Both the position numbers and the translations under genes were made by a program. The notes under the pieces are model-generated. The model had not been told where the DNA came from and searched no databases. It saw only the letters and a program-made list of their open reading frames with translations. 34,197 nucleotides of DNA. Origin: Methylococcales bacterium (GTDB lineage: Bacteria; Pseudomonadota; Gammaproteobacteria; Methylococcales; UBA1147). Of this stretch, positions 17,197-26,695 are shown one piece after another (position 1 is the first letter of the stretch; every line of letters starts with the position of its first letter). The DNA is taken from assembly GCA_041748915.1 (NCBI GenBank), contig JBGTCG010000091.1:1-34197 (forward strand), written 5' to 3'.

Positions 17197-18873
17197 ATGA
17201 CCAATACAATGAACGAAAAGATCTGGTTGAAATCCTATGAAACCGGCGTCCTGGCTTGCATCGGCGAGATCCAGTATGACTCGGTCGCAGCGTATATTGA
17301 GGACTGCTGCGATCGCTTCGCGGATCTGCCGGCAATCTCCAATTTCGGTGTTTCGCTAAGTTATGCGGAGTTCAAAAAGAAAGGCGCGTTGCTCGCCGGT
17401 TCTTTCCAGAATACGTTAGGGCTTGCTAAAGGCGATCGGCTCGCAATCATGTTACCGAATCTGCTGCAATACCCGGTCACTCTTCTGGCCGCATTAAGTG
17501 CGGGACTGATCGTTGTCAATATCAATCCGTCCTATACGCGGCGAGAACTGCTTTTGCAATTGGACGATTGCGGGGCCAAGGCGATCGTGATGTTCGCCGG
17601 ATGCGCCCATCTGTTGCAGGATGTTTTGGACCAAACTCCACTCAAGCATGTGATCGTCACTGAAGTCGGCGATTTGTTCCCGCGCTTTAAAGCCGCTTTG
17701 ATCAATTTTGTCGTCAAGTATTTCGGCAAAAAAATACCCGCCTGGAGACTTCCGAGCGCCATTCCGTTTTCCAAGGCGATCAAAGATGGCGGAAGTTTCA
17801 TCCGGGTCGGATTGACCCACGAAGATCCGGCTTTCTTACAATATACCGGGGGCACGACCGGTCTTGCCAAGGGCGCGATTTTGAGCCATGGGAACATTCT
17901 GGCCAATATCGTGCAGACCGGTTATTGGGTCCGAGGTCACCTTCGGGAAGGAAAAGAGAGTGTGATTGTTGCGTTGCCGCTATATCATATATTCGGCTTG
18001 ACAATCAATTTTTTGAGCCATCTTCAACTTGGCGGACTGCATGTTCTGATCACCGATCCGCGCAACACCAGGACGCTGATCAGGACCATCAAAAAAACCG
18101 GCGGTTCAATACTCCACGGAGTTAACGCGTTGTTTGCCAAATTGCTCAGCACACCAGGTTTCGGGGATCTGGATTTTCGTGCCTTGCGCGTCGTTATCGG
18201 AGGCGGCGCCGCGATTCAATCAAGCGTAGCGGATAAATGGCAGGCAATAACCGGGGTTCCGATTCGTCAGGCTTATGGGTTGACCGAGGCTTCACCGGGT
18301 GTTTGTTGTAACCCTTTAAATCTGTCTAGTTTTTCCGGCTCCGTCGGGCTGCCGGTTCCTTCTACGTTGGTCCGGATCTGCGACGAATCGGGGCAATCGG
18401 TTAGCAACGGAGAACCGGGGGAACTTTACGTTAAGGGACCGCAGGTCATGCAGGGTTACTGGCGGAAGCCGGAAGAAACCAGCACCGTTTTGTCGGCGGA
18501 TGGCTGGTTGAAAACTGGCGATATCGCGAAAATGGACGAAAACGGCTATGTCTGGATTATCGACCGGAAAAAAGATCTGATCATTGTATCCGGGTTCAAC
18601 GTGTATCCGAATGAAGTCGAGGATGTGCTGAATGCTCATCCTGGAATCGCGGACGCCGGGGTTATCGGTGAAACGAGCGAGACCGGCGGAGAAATTGTCG
18701 TTGCATTCGTGGTAAAAGCGATCGACTCCGTTTCGAAGTCTGATATCGAACGCCACTGCCGCGAGAATCTTGTTTCCTATAAGGTCCCCAGAGAAATCAA
18801 GTTCGTGCAGGAGATTCCGAAATCCAATATCGGAAAAGTTTTGCGAAGAAAATTACGAGATTCTTTGGCTTAG
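17197..18873 (+). CDS. fadD: long-chain-fatty-acid--CoA ligase FadD
   Basis: Collinear with E. coli FadD as recalled: NLLQYPV, YTGGTTGLAKGA, PLYHIFGLTIN, GYGLTE, TGDIA, VSGFNVYPNE, PKSNIGKVLRR. The alternative start at 17209 (MNEKIWLKSY) aligns best with MKKVWLNRY. Confidence 0.92.
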   Translation: MTNTMNEKIWLKSYETGVLACIGEIQYDSVAAYIEDCCDRFADLPAISNFGVSLSYAEFKKKGALLAGSFQNTLGLAKGDRLAIMLPNLLQYPVTLLAALSAGLIVVNINPSYTRRELLLQLDDCGAKAIVMFAGCAHLLQDVLDQTPLKHVIVTEVGDLFPRFKAALINFVVKYFGKKIPAWRLPSAIPFSKAIKDGGSFIRVGLTHEDPAFLQYTGGTTGLAKGAILSHGNILANIVQTGYWVRGHLREGKESVIVALPLYHIFGLTINFLSHLQLGGLHVLITDPRNTRTLIRTIKKTGGSILHGVNALFAKLLSTPGFGDLDFRALRVVIGGGAAIQSSVADKWQAITGVPIRQAYGLTEASPGVCCNPLNLSSFSGSVGLPVPSTLVRICDESGQSVSNGEPGELYVKGPQVMQGYWRKPEETSTVLSADGWLKTGDIAKMDENGYVWIIDRKKDLIIVSGFNVYPNEVEDVLNAHPGIADAGVIGETSETGGEIVVAFVVKAIDSVSKSDIERHCRENLVSYKVPREIKFVQEIPKSNIGKVLRRKLRDSLA

Positions 18874-19494
18874 CGGCATTTCGGCTTCCGGTGCGGGGCG
18901 GCGGCGACGGAAGCCAAACCCTCGCCTGATACATTTTGCTGGCGCGCCACATTAGGCGGCCCCCAAATATCTGACTATATCCGGAGAAGTTCATGAAAAA
19001 TTTTCCGGGAACTGCCGATTATAGATCCAGGTTCGTCTATTCTTTAAATTGATGACCAGGAGAAAGACATTCGGCGATCGTTCCGGCTTCCCGGTACCAA
19101 ATTTCGTGATTTGAGCATTCTGTGGTATTTTTGGAACTATATTATTATTGTGTGTCAAATTTACTACAAATTTACTACAAGGATATAGAATCAGTTAACT
19201 TTCAATACCGACGGTATAGATCAAGTCATACATCACCCCAATCCGCATTTGGATCGATTCTTTGAACGCAAAATGTATCATTTTCGAAACACTACTTATT
19301 GAATTGTATTCAATGACCTGCTATATTATAAATCAATAGTGTTGGCAACGCGCAACTAAATTCAATAATATTGGGTCGTTACGGATAAGTTTTTTAAATA
19401 TTAATCGTAAGTACTTGTTTTTTAATATCAAATCATATTTTGCGTATGCTGATTGAACGTTGCTATCATGCGTCAATTACTGGAGACTTACGGA

Positions 19495-19670
19495 TGAACG
19501 AAGCAAAATCCACATCGAACGGCAACGCGCGTTTGATTAAAACCGCGCTAAAATTCCACGTTGCAGATGGATCCGGCAGAATGCATAACAAAGAAACAAT
19601 TCCATCTGGAAATGTCAGAACCCTGAAGGAACAGGATCTTGACCTCGTTGTAGGTCGTTCGATTAATTAG
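19495..19670 (+). CDS. small ORF (58 aa) of unknown function inside an AT-rich island
   Basis: GGAG sits 8 nt upstream of the ATG. It is followed 95 bp later by a hairpin plus T-run terminator on the same strand. Sequence MNEAKSTSNGNARLIKTALKFHVADGSGRMHNKETIPSGNVRTLKEQDLDLVVGRSIN; no family recognised. Confidence 0.3.
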
Positions 19671-19764
19671 GGAAACGCCGAGAACTCTCTGAATTTAATC
19701 AGAGATTCCTTGGCTGATTTCTGGGGGTACCGGTCTGAGCGGCTGGTATTTGGCGGCATAAATG

Positions 19765-19800
19765 CCCGGCTGGACGCGTGTTCAGCCGGGTGTTTTTGTT
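19765..19800 (+). terminator. rho-independent terminator-like hairpin (CCCGGCTG-N10-CAGCCGGG) followed by TGTTTTTGTT
   Basis: Perfect 8-bp GC-rich stem plus a T-rich tail on the plus strand. Supports a plus-strand transcript across 19495-19670. Confidence 0.45.
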
Positions 19801-19930
19801 GGCCAGATCGAAGGACTATCGTGAGCCAATCCGCGATTGATGCGATATTCCGGTAATGTCGCTTTGCGGTAATTTTCACTGCCAAAGGCTCGCCCGACAA
19901 TCCAGCCTTGCCGGATAATCCAGTACGGAA

Positions 19931-20935
19931 TCAAGGTAAAGGCGCAGTTTCCTGGATCCGTTCAAGCACTCGAAGGCGAACCGGCGCGTTCTGGTTATCA
20001 GGAAATTTACGGGCAAAAAAATGAGGGGTATGCTCCAGCCGGTCTAAATCTTCGACACCTAAAACACGGGGACTCCAGCCTTCGTACGTACTCACGAACG
20101 TGTTGAGGGGGCCCAGGTGGAAATTCGAATTTCCCAACAAGGTCTGTATCGAAATTTCAGCGATGTCCCTAAAACGGCGATAATGGTCGTTAAGCGCAGG
20201 TTCCGTCAGACGGCGCGCGAGATATTCGCAAACTGGACGTGTAGCGCCGATCCAAGTGGTCCCAATCAATGGGTTCAGGCCTGGCTCTGGCAAATACCGG
20301 CCAAACAAGCCGATCCGAGCCAAGCGTATGATCAAGTAACCGATAACTGCCTCAGGATGCCGCCAGAGGTTTTGCGGGCCTCGTACAATCTGCACGCCGG
20401 CCATTTCTTCCTTACGGGGATTCGTGCCGACGTACCAGCGCCGGGCGCGTATCAATAGCGAATGGCGCAACGTCTTATCGGGCGCGTAACATCTTTGTCC
20501 GAATGACACCATTACATCTCGGTCCGTTGAAGGATCGAGAAATTCTGCATGGGCATCAACGGAACTCTGGGCAATGTATCTCTCGAACTCCGACAGTGGT
20601 TTGATCGGTAGACAGGCGGGACTCATCAACTGCAAATAATCAAACTCGACTTGCTCGACGCAATATTTGATCAGATGGATGACCCCTTCGGTAAATGCCC
20701 AAACGCCATACCCCGTGCGTTTGGGGTCAGGCACGTAGCACGTGTTAGCAGCCTTGATCGAGAAGTTCGGTTGCTGGCTGAAATCATGGTGAATCACCAC
20801 CCTGTAAGGATACAGGGACAAAACCAGTTGCTCCACGATTGCAGGGCTGGCAACTGCGGACATCAACCCGAATATGATTCGGGGCGGTCGCCCGATAGAA
20901 GTTTTGGGAGATCCCGCGTTGTTACCGTCGTTCAT
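19931..20935 (-). CDS. putative glycosyltransferase, GT14 / core-2 I-branching-enzyme-like
   Basis: The N-terminal pattern RIIFGLMSAVASPAIVEQLVLSLYPYRVVIHHD matches the '(I)AYLI.AHkn..ql.rLl..LY.P...fhiHvD' start of bacterial GT14 proteins, recalled from memory. Confidence 0.5.
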   Translation of the reverse strand: MNDGNNAGSPKTSIGRPPRIIFGLMSAVASPAIVEQLVLSLYPYRVVIHHDFSQQPNFSIKAANTCYVPDPKRTGYGVWAFTEGVIHLIKYCVEQVEFDYLQLMSPACLPIKPLSEFERYIAQSSVDAHAEFLDPSTDRDVMVSFGQRCYAPDKTLRHSLLIRARRWYVGTNPRKEEMAGVQIVRGPQNLWRHPEAVIGYLIIRLARIGLFGRYLPEPGLNPLIGTTWIGATRPVCEYLARRLTEPALNDHYRRFRDIAEISIQTLLGNSNFHLGPLNTFVSTYEGWSPRVLGVEDLDRLEHTPHFFARKFPDNQNAPVRLRVLERIQETAPLP

Positions 20936-21231
20936 TGACTTACGTCGTTAAGACACGCACGAGAACAGGTCACCCCGGCCAACTGACATTTAACGCGGTA
21001 AAAGTGGATAAAAATGTATACCGATGACATAAAGTCCCCTGCGGTGTTATTTTAGAGTTCATCAGAATCCACATTTTTGGCTGGTTTCAATGCAACTCAA
21101 CGGCAATTCGTTGACCTGCGGTTAGCATGTTTGTAGAAGGTAGTTGCGACGAAAGGGATCTATCCGTCCAAAATTTCGACAATCCTTTGATCGTAAAAGC
21201 TGAAATGCCCAATCGAACTGACGTTGGTTGA

Positions 21232-21792
21232 TTAGGAATCCGTCTTTTTTACTGCTTGATCCGTCTTACCGGAAGGAATCTCCCCAATATCTTCGGGCCC
21301 GACGGGACCCGCGGTCGCGCCGCCGCTTATGCGACTTGCCTTCCAGATTCCAGGACACGCATTCACCGCATCTTTCCAGTTGCCTTTCGCTGAATTGGTC
21401 TCCGCTGAAAATGTCCCGAACAGTTCAGCCGCATCGTAGCCGGAATAGATCAGCATGGCTTTAATCCTGCCCGTGCTGTCAATCGTTCCGTCGACTTTAT
21501 ATTCAAATCCCGATTTATTCGTAATCTTACCGGTTATCTTGGAATTTTCAATCGTCACGGTTCCCAAACCTGTTTCGTGACCGCAAACCGGTTCATTGGT
21601 ACCATCTTCATTACCGGTTCGTCCGGTGACTTCCCATACTCCGTTGAACCGCTCGAGTTCTCCGGGCGCTACGGACTGGGCAATACCATCACCTTCGTGG
21701 CCACGGCCGGACAGCTCGGAACCGCTCGGATCGCATCCGGCGAGCAGCCAGGCAGAGGTCAACCCCATAACTAAAAACGTTCTTACGGTCAT
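21232..21792 (-). CDS. hypothetical lipoprotein
   Basis: Signal peptide plus lipobox MTVRTFLVMGLTSAWLLAGC. Mature protein is Gly/Thr-rich with two further Cys. The ORF track extends to 21840, but Met-17 gives a canonical signal. Confidence 0.6.
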   Translation of the reverse strand: MTVRTFLVMGLTSAWLLAGCDPSGSELSGRGHEGDGIAQSVAPGELERFNGVWEVTGRTGNEDGTNEPVCGHETGLGTVTIENSKITGKITNKSGFEYKVDGTIDSTGRIKAMLIYSGYDAAELFGTFSAETNSAKGNWKDAVNACPGIWKASRISGGATAGPVGPEDIGEIPSGKTDQAVKKTDS

Positions 21793-21871
21793 AGCCTTAT
21801 GATCTTTTGATAGGAGCGATCGACTCGATAACGGATGCAATAACGTATCACAGGTCGACTTCGCACTCCAC

Positions 21872-21944
21872 TCCTAAGAAGCGCTGAAATAAACCGGTCC
21901 TTGATTTCTCGGCGATCGGCAAACCCAAATGCGATTTTGGTTGC
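21872..21944 (-). repeat. copy D (degenerate) of the ~80-bp structured intergenic repeat family
   Basis: Reverse complement GTAAGGCAACC-AAAATCGCATTTGGG-TTTGCCGATCGCCGAGAAATCAAGG...TTTATTTCAGCGCTTCTTAGG aligns along its whole length with copy B. The central hairpin survives as CCAAA/TTTGG around the AATCGCAT loop. Confidence 0.6.
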
Positions 21945-22104
21945 CTTACAAAATCAATCGCGGAAAGCATGGATTTTAGCAGCGCACCCCTGCACTACGG
22001 AAAGATCTGCTCTATTAGAGTTTCGCTGGCCAATAATTGTGCTTCATGCTCCAGGATTGAATATTGAAGGCTTCCAGATCACTCTCGGCTGTCCCGCTGC
22101 CGTT

Positions 22105-23832
22105 CTATTTTTTAATCAGATAGTCATGGATGATCAATACGTCAAGACCGCTGGTGTAAAAAACGCTCAGGGCGTCCTCGATGGAATGAATGATCGGTTT
22201 GCCCATTACGTTAAAGCTGGTATTCAATAGAATTGGGATACCCGTTAAATCATAGAAAGCCCTGATTAAAGAATAAAATTTTTGATTATACTCGGGTTTG
22301 ACGGTTTGCAGACGTCCAGTCCCGTTCACATGCACCACCGCCGGGATTTTGCGCCTGACTCCCTCGCGGAACACGAGAGTTCGTTCCATGTACGGACTTT
22401 CCTGGTAATTTTCAAAATAATCCGGTCCGAACTCGTGCAAAATGGACGGCGCGAACGGGCGGAATTGTTCGCGAAACTTGACACGGGCATTAATTTTGTC
22501 CTTCATCGTCTCTGGTCGTGGATCGGCCAGAATCGATCGGTTCCCGAGCGATCTCGGGCCGAACTCAGCTTTCCCCTGCACCCATCCGATCAGCTTGCCT
22601 TCGCTGAGCATTTTTGCGGTTTCGATATGGATAGTACCCGGAAAGTGGAACACATCGGAGAGATTGGCAACCTTTAAAACCCGTTCCAATCGGCTTTCGG
22701 ATATTTCCGATCCAAGATAAGGACTAGCGGCCTGGTTATTGATTTTTTGTTGCGCATGATCGGCGTGAACGGCCAGGAATGCCGCGCCCAGCGCGGTTCC
22801 ATCGTCGGCCGGAGCCGAAGGTACAAACAGTTTCCTGAACGGGGTATTTCCCTCGATAAACCCCGCCGTCGAGGAATTCAACATGCACCCTCCGGCCATT
22901 GCGAGGTTATCCGATGAACAGATTCGATGAAAATTCCGGATAGCTTCGAGCAGGGTTTCGCTAAAAACCTGCTGCGCGGTAAAAGCCAGATCCGCGGATT
23001 GCAGACTGCCCGTAACCAACCGCTCTTGTAATCGCTTCAAAATTCGTTGATAGGCTTGGTTGGAACTGCCGCCTATCGTGGACTCACGAAACACGAAAAC
23101 CGATTTCAGCATTTCATAGGCACTCGGGTCCAACGAGCCGTAGGGCGCAAAACCCATCACTTTCCATTCTTCCCCTTTATCGGGATTGAAGCCGCACAAC
23201 CAGGTCATATCGGCATAAAAACGTCCGAGGCTCGCAAATCCTTTCTGTTCCTTAATGACCTTGATGGTCCCGTTTTTGTACTGGTAATAGGCGAATGAAC
23301 CGAAATCCCCGGCTCCGTCGACGATCATGCACGACGCTTCGTTAAACGGGCTGGAATAGCAAGCCAATGCGGCATGGCATAGATGATGGGGAAAATACCG
23401 GATGGAATAGCGACTGTCCGGGAAGGCCAATTTCATGGCATAAGTAAAACCTACTCCGAGCCTGTCATACATGGACGCCGCAAAAGCATTGATCATTTTC
23501 GTACGCAACGAATAAGGCGTATTGAACCTGACGTCGCGGCTCCTGGCTTTAAATATCGCCGTTGCCGAAGTTATTCCGAGCAGGCTGAGCAGCCGCGAGC
23601 AGCCGGCGGTGAATTTTCTCCAGTTGACCGCCACAACGAATTCGGCTCCGGGATCGCAGTGGCGTTTCAGCAACGACGTCAGGCGGTCATTGTCCGGTTC
23701 GCAATTTGGCGCGCGTTTATATTGCAGATATCGTTCGGTGGCCTCCGCAAACAGGATTTGCCCCTCCCGATCGATGATCGCAAGGGCCGGATCATGAGTC
23801 GATACGGAAAGACCGATGTAATATCGCTTCAT
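22105..23832 (-). CDS. carbamoyltransferase, NodU/CmcH/TobZ family
   Basis: N-terminal ASKHA-like start MKRYYIGLSVSTHDPALAIID. C-terminal carbamoyltransferase block VHVNGTGRLQTV...PILLNTSFNVMGKPIIHSIEDALSVFYTSGLDVLIIHDYLI. 575 aa, typical size. Confidence 0.85.
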   Translation of the reverse strand: MKRYYIGLSVSTHDPALAIIDREGQILFAEATERYLQYKRAPNCEPDNDRLTSLLKRHCDPGAEFVVAVNWRKFTAGCSRLLSLLGITSATAIFKARSRDVRFNTPYSLRTKMINAFAASMYDRLGVGFTYAMKLAFPDSRYSIRYFPHHLCHAALACYSSPFNEASCMIVDGAGDFGSFAYYQYKNGTIKVIKEQKGFASLGRFYADMTWLCGFNPDKGEEWKVMGFAPYGSLDPSAYEMLKSVFVFRESTIGGSSNQAYQRILKRLQERLVTGSLQSADLAFTAQQVFSETLLEAIRNFHRICSSDNLAMAGGCMLNSSTAGFIEGNTPFRKLFVPSAPADDGTALGAAFLAVHADHAQQKINNQAASPYLGSEISESRLERVLKVANLSDVFHFPGTIHIETAKMLSEGKLIGWVQGKAEFGPRSLGNRSILADPRPETMKDKINARVKFREQFRPFAPSILHEFGPDYFENYQESPYMERTLVFREGVRRKIPAVVHVNGTGRLQTVKPEYNQKFYSLIRAFYDLTGIPILLNTSFNVMGKPIIHSIEDALSVFYTSGLDVLIIHDYLIKK

Positions 23833-24090
23833 TTCAAAGTACAGTCGACACGAACAGAAACAGAGGCTCCGGCGCCAATCGGGAAAGCGGTCCGCTCCCT
23901 GTGACCCGAACCCGCATCGATTCAGGCTCGCATGAACGACCCGGTCCGTGCCTCAATTGCTTAATGGGTCAGCCGAGGCATTATGGCAGGGCAAGACTTA
24001 ACCCTGAATGCGCAGCCAATGCGTGCGGGTCGTATGAAACCGGGAATCTTAATTCGTTGCTGACCGTGACCGGCTTTTTGCGCAAAGAAA

Positions 24091-25668
24091 TTAGCCGTTC
24101 TCCAGTACCGGTTGCCGGGATTGGTTGGGCGCAATTTTTGCCACGTGCGAATCGTAGTGGCCAAGCGCCATGTGGTTTTCATAGATTTTACCCAGGTCGT
24201 AGATCCAGACACCAAAACCGAGTGCTGTATCAAAAACATGGGGATGATGCTTCAAAGTCCAGCCGAGCAATTTCCAGACTTGGCTGCGATGCGCGCCGCG
24301 AATGCCGAGATAATAAATGATCCTGGCCATGATCGCGAGGTAACGTGCGAGTACACTGAGCTTAATCTCGGTGATTTTAAGTGGAGCGGTACGCGGAGCG
24401 CTCCGGTAACACCTAAGAAAATTCTGCGTCCGCCGGTAAATATTTTCCGGCGAATAAATAGTCTCGAGTATTCGTTTATACCCGTTCCTGAGCACATCCG
24501 GATCCATCACCGGAATGATATTGGTTTCGCTTTCATGAAAATTGAATTCTTCGATCAGCCGACCCTCGCGTTTCATGCGGGCATACAACTCGGTTCCGGG
24601 GGGCGCTTTTAAGACGCTGACTCCGGCGATTACGATCCCGCTTTCCTGAATGAAATTGATTTGCCGCTCGAAAATGGACGGCGTATCGGTATCGAATCCG
24701 ACGATAAAGCCCGCGGTGATAATAAAGCCCGCGCTGTGCAGCAGATTGACGTTTTCGAGCATGTCGCGACGTCGATTCTGCGATTTTTTGCACGCTTTGA
24801 GCCCTTCATCATCCGGAGTTTCAATCCCGATGAAAATATTCTGAAATCCGGCTTGAAGCATCAGGTCCATGAGTTCCGTGTCGTCCGCGAGGTTGATCGT
24901 GATCTGGGTTGCGAAAGTCACCGCAAGTTTTTTGCTTTTCCGCCACTCGATCAGTGCGGGCAGCAGTTCCGATTTCAGGATCTTTTTGTTGCCCATTAAA
25001 TTGTCATCCGCGAAAACCACCATGCCGAAGCGACCAATATCGCCGAATGACTCGAGTTCGGCTATCATCTGCTCGGCCGTTTTGGTGCGCGGCTTGCGGC
25101 CGAACAGCGCGGTTACGTCGCAAAAATCACACATATAGGGGCAGCCTCGCGAATACTGCACGATGGCATAGGCGTACTTCTCGAGATCGGCAAGTTCCCA
25201 CAACGGAATCGGCGTTTCATGGACATTCGCGAGGTCCGGCGAGCCGTAGACCTTTTTCGAGCAACCTTGCTCGAGATCCTTGAGAAACCTCGGCAGAGTC
25301 AGCTCGGCTTCGTTCAATACAAAATGATCGACGGTGGTGAATCTCGAAAATTCGTGAGTGAACAATGGGCCGCCCGCGATTACCCTGGTTCCGGCTTCGC
25401 GGCAGCGCGCAAAGATTTCATGACAGGACGGCTCCTGGACGTTCATTGCGCTGACCATCACGAAATCGGCCCATTCAAGGTCCGGGTCACTGATCTCATC
25501 CCCGATATTGAGATCGACCAGCTTTTTTCCCCATTCCGAAGGCAGCATCGCGGCGACGGTTAACAAACCCAGCGGCGGGTAACTGTATTTTTTTCCGTAC
25601 ATCTTCATCAAATGGTCCATGGACCAGAAGGAATACGGAAACTCGGGATAAACCAGCAGGATATTCAT
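24091..25668 (-). CDS. B12-binding-domain radical SAM protein (class B rSAM, DUF4070-type C-terminus)
   Basis: N-terminal cobalamin-binding Rossmann region (MNILLVYPEF...PPLGLLTVAAML...VMVSAM) and rSAM cluster motif CPYMCDFC. ~525 aa. Confidence 0.88.
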   Translation of the reverse strand: MNILLVYPEFPYSFWSMDHLMKMYGKKYSYPPLGLLTVAAMLPSEWGKKLVDLNIGDEISDPDLEWADFVMVSAMNVQEPSCHEIFARCREAGTRVIAGGPLFTHEFSRFTTVDHFVLNEAELTLPRFLKDLEQGCSKKVYGSPDLANVHETPIPLWELADLEKYAYAIVQYSRGCPYMCDFCDVTALFGRKPRTKTAEQMIAELESFGDIGRFGMVVFADDNLMGNKKILKSELLPALIEWRKSKKLAVTFATQITINLADDTELMDLMLQAGFQNIFIGIETPDDEGLKACKKSQNRRRDMLENVNLLHSAGFIITAGFIVGFDTDTPSIFERQINFIQESGIVIAGVSVLKAPPGTELYARMKREGRLIEEFNFHESETNIIPVMDPDVLRNGYKRILETIYSPENIYRRTQNFLRCYRSAPRTAPLKITEIKLSVLARYLAIMARIIYYLGIRGAHRSQVWKLLGWTLKHHPHVFDTALGFGVWIYDLGKIYENHMALGHYDSHVAKIAPNQSRQPVLENG

Positions 25669-25845
25669 AAGCCGACTCCAATCCAGGCCGTTTTCGCAAA
25701 CGGGATCGTATTGTTATTATCAGAGAGCGCATGTTAACACGAGAGCCGGCGCCGAGCGCTAGTGAAAAATGGGCGCTTACAATGACCTGCTGAACCGGTG
25801 GAACAAGCCGGAAAAAGGCAATACAAAACCTTTATCCAAAAAAAG

Positions 25846-25895
25846 TTGACAGTGCTAAAAAATCCTTGTATTTTGCATTGCAACATCGTTGTTGC
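25846..25895 (+). promoter_or_regulatory. sigma70-like promoter (TTGACA-17-TATTTT) plus palindrome GCAACATCGTTGTTGC at the predicted +1, upstream of the phasin gene
   Basis: -35 at 25846-25851, -10 at 25869-25874, 6-4-6 palindrome at 25880-25895. All read by eye. Confidence 0.4.
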
Positions 25896-25935
25896 GGTGC
25901 ACAATACCTGAGATTCAAACCGGAGAGCTTAAATT

Positions 25936-26298
25936 ATGAAAACTTTTGCAGAAACCATTACCGAAGCGAACGAATTCGTGACCGATTCATTCAAGAAGCT
26001 GAGCGATGTCAATTCGCGCGCCTATGAAAATATCGTCAAGGGACAAACCGAGATCGCCAATATTTATGTACGTACTGGTATCAAACAACTGGAATTGGTC
26101 CGCGATGTTAAAGACGTTCCGGCCTATCTGAAAGCCCAAAATGAATTGACTGTCGAATTCGCGGAAGAACTGATCAAATGCGCTCAATCCGCCATGGAAG
26201 CGGCCACCACCAGCCGGGACGATCTGTTCGGCTGGATTGAAACCAGCGTGCAGGATGCAACCAAGAAATATCCGTTGACTGAAGCCAAAGCTGCCTGA
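25936..26298 (+). CDS. phasin family protein (PHA granule-associated)
   Basis: 120-aa all-helical Ala/Glu/Lys-rich protein. Its N-terminus MKTFAETITEANEFVTDSFKKLSDVN resembles TIGR01841-type phasins. Strong GGAG RBS. Confidence 0.7.
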   Translation: MKTFAETITEANEFVTDSFKKLSDVNSRAYENIVKGQTEIANIYVRTGIKQLELVRDVKDVPAYLKAQNELTVEFAEELIKCAQSAMEAATTSRDDLFGWIETSVQDATKKYPLTEAKAA

Positions 26299-26344
26299 TA
26301 TTCCGATTTTTTCTTTTCCTCCTTAAAAGTAAGCCATTACTTTT

Positions 26345-26373
26345 GCCCTTATTCTGGATAAGGGCTTTTTTTT
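26345..26373 (+). terminator. rho-independent terminator of the phasin gene
   Basis: GCCCTTAT-TCTGG-ATAAGGGC stem-loop followed by TTTTTTTT, 47 bp after the stop. Confidence 0.65.
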
Positions 26374-26485
26374 GCCCGCTGGTCATGACCCGGGTAGCCC
26401 GCTTGATACGTTCGGGAACGAATGGCGCTTCGACTGCTGGTTCTACTCCAAAGTCTGGCGGTGGATACTTTGACCGCATGGCCAG

Positions 26486-26695
26486 TCAATCGACCGCGAG
26501 AAGGACTTCCGAGGCTTTGATTAACACCCAAGCCTCCATCCCTTCCTTGAGGCCGAGGTCGTCGATCGCATCGAGCGTGACCGTTGAAGTGACGATGTTG
26601 CCTCCGCCAATGTCCACTGTCACTTGCGCGGTCACGGCGCCTTTCTTGATCCGACTGACCTTGCCTTTCAGTTTATTGCGCGCGCTTACTTTCAT
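26486..26695 (-). CDS. mop: TOBE-domain molybdate-binding protein (Mop / molbindin)
   Basis: 69 aa, MKVSARNKLKGKVSRIKKGAVTAQVTVDIGGG..., a canonical single-TOBE molbindin sequence. GAGGAG RBS. The ORF track begins at an upstream Met at 26758. Confidence 0.75.
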   Translation of the reverse strand: MKVSARNKLKGKVSRIKKGAVTAQVTVDIGGGNIVTSTVTLDAIDDLGLKEGMEAWVLIKASEVLLAVD

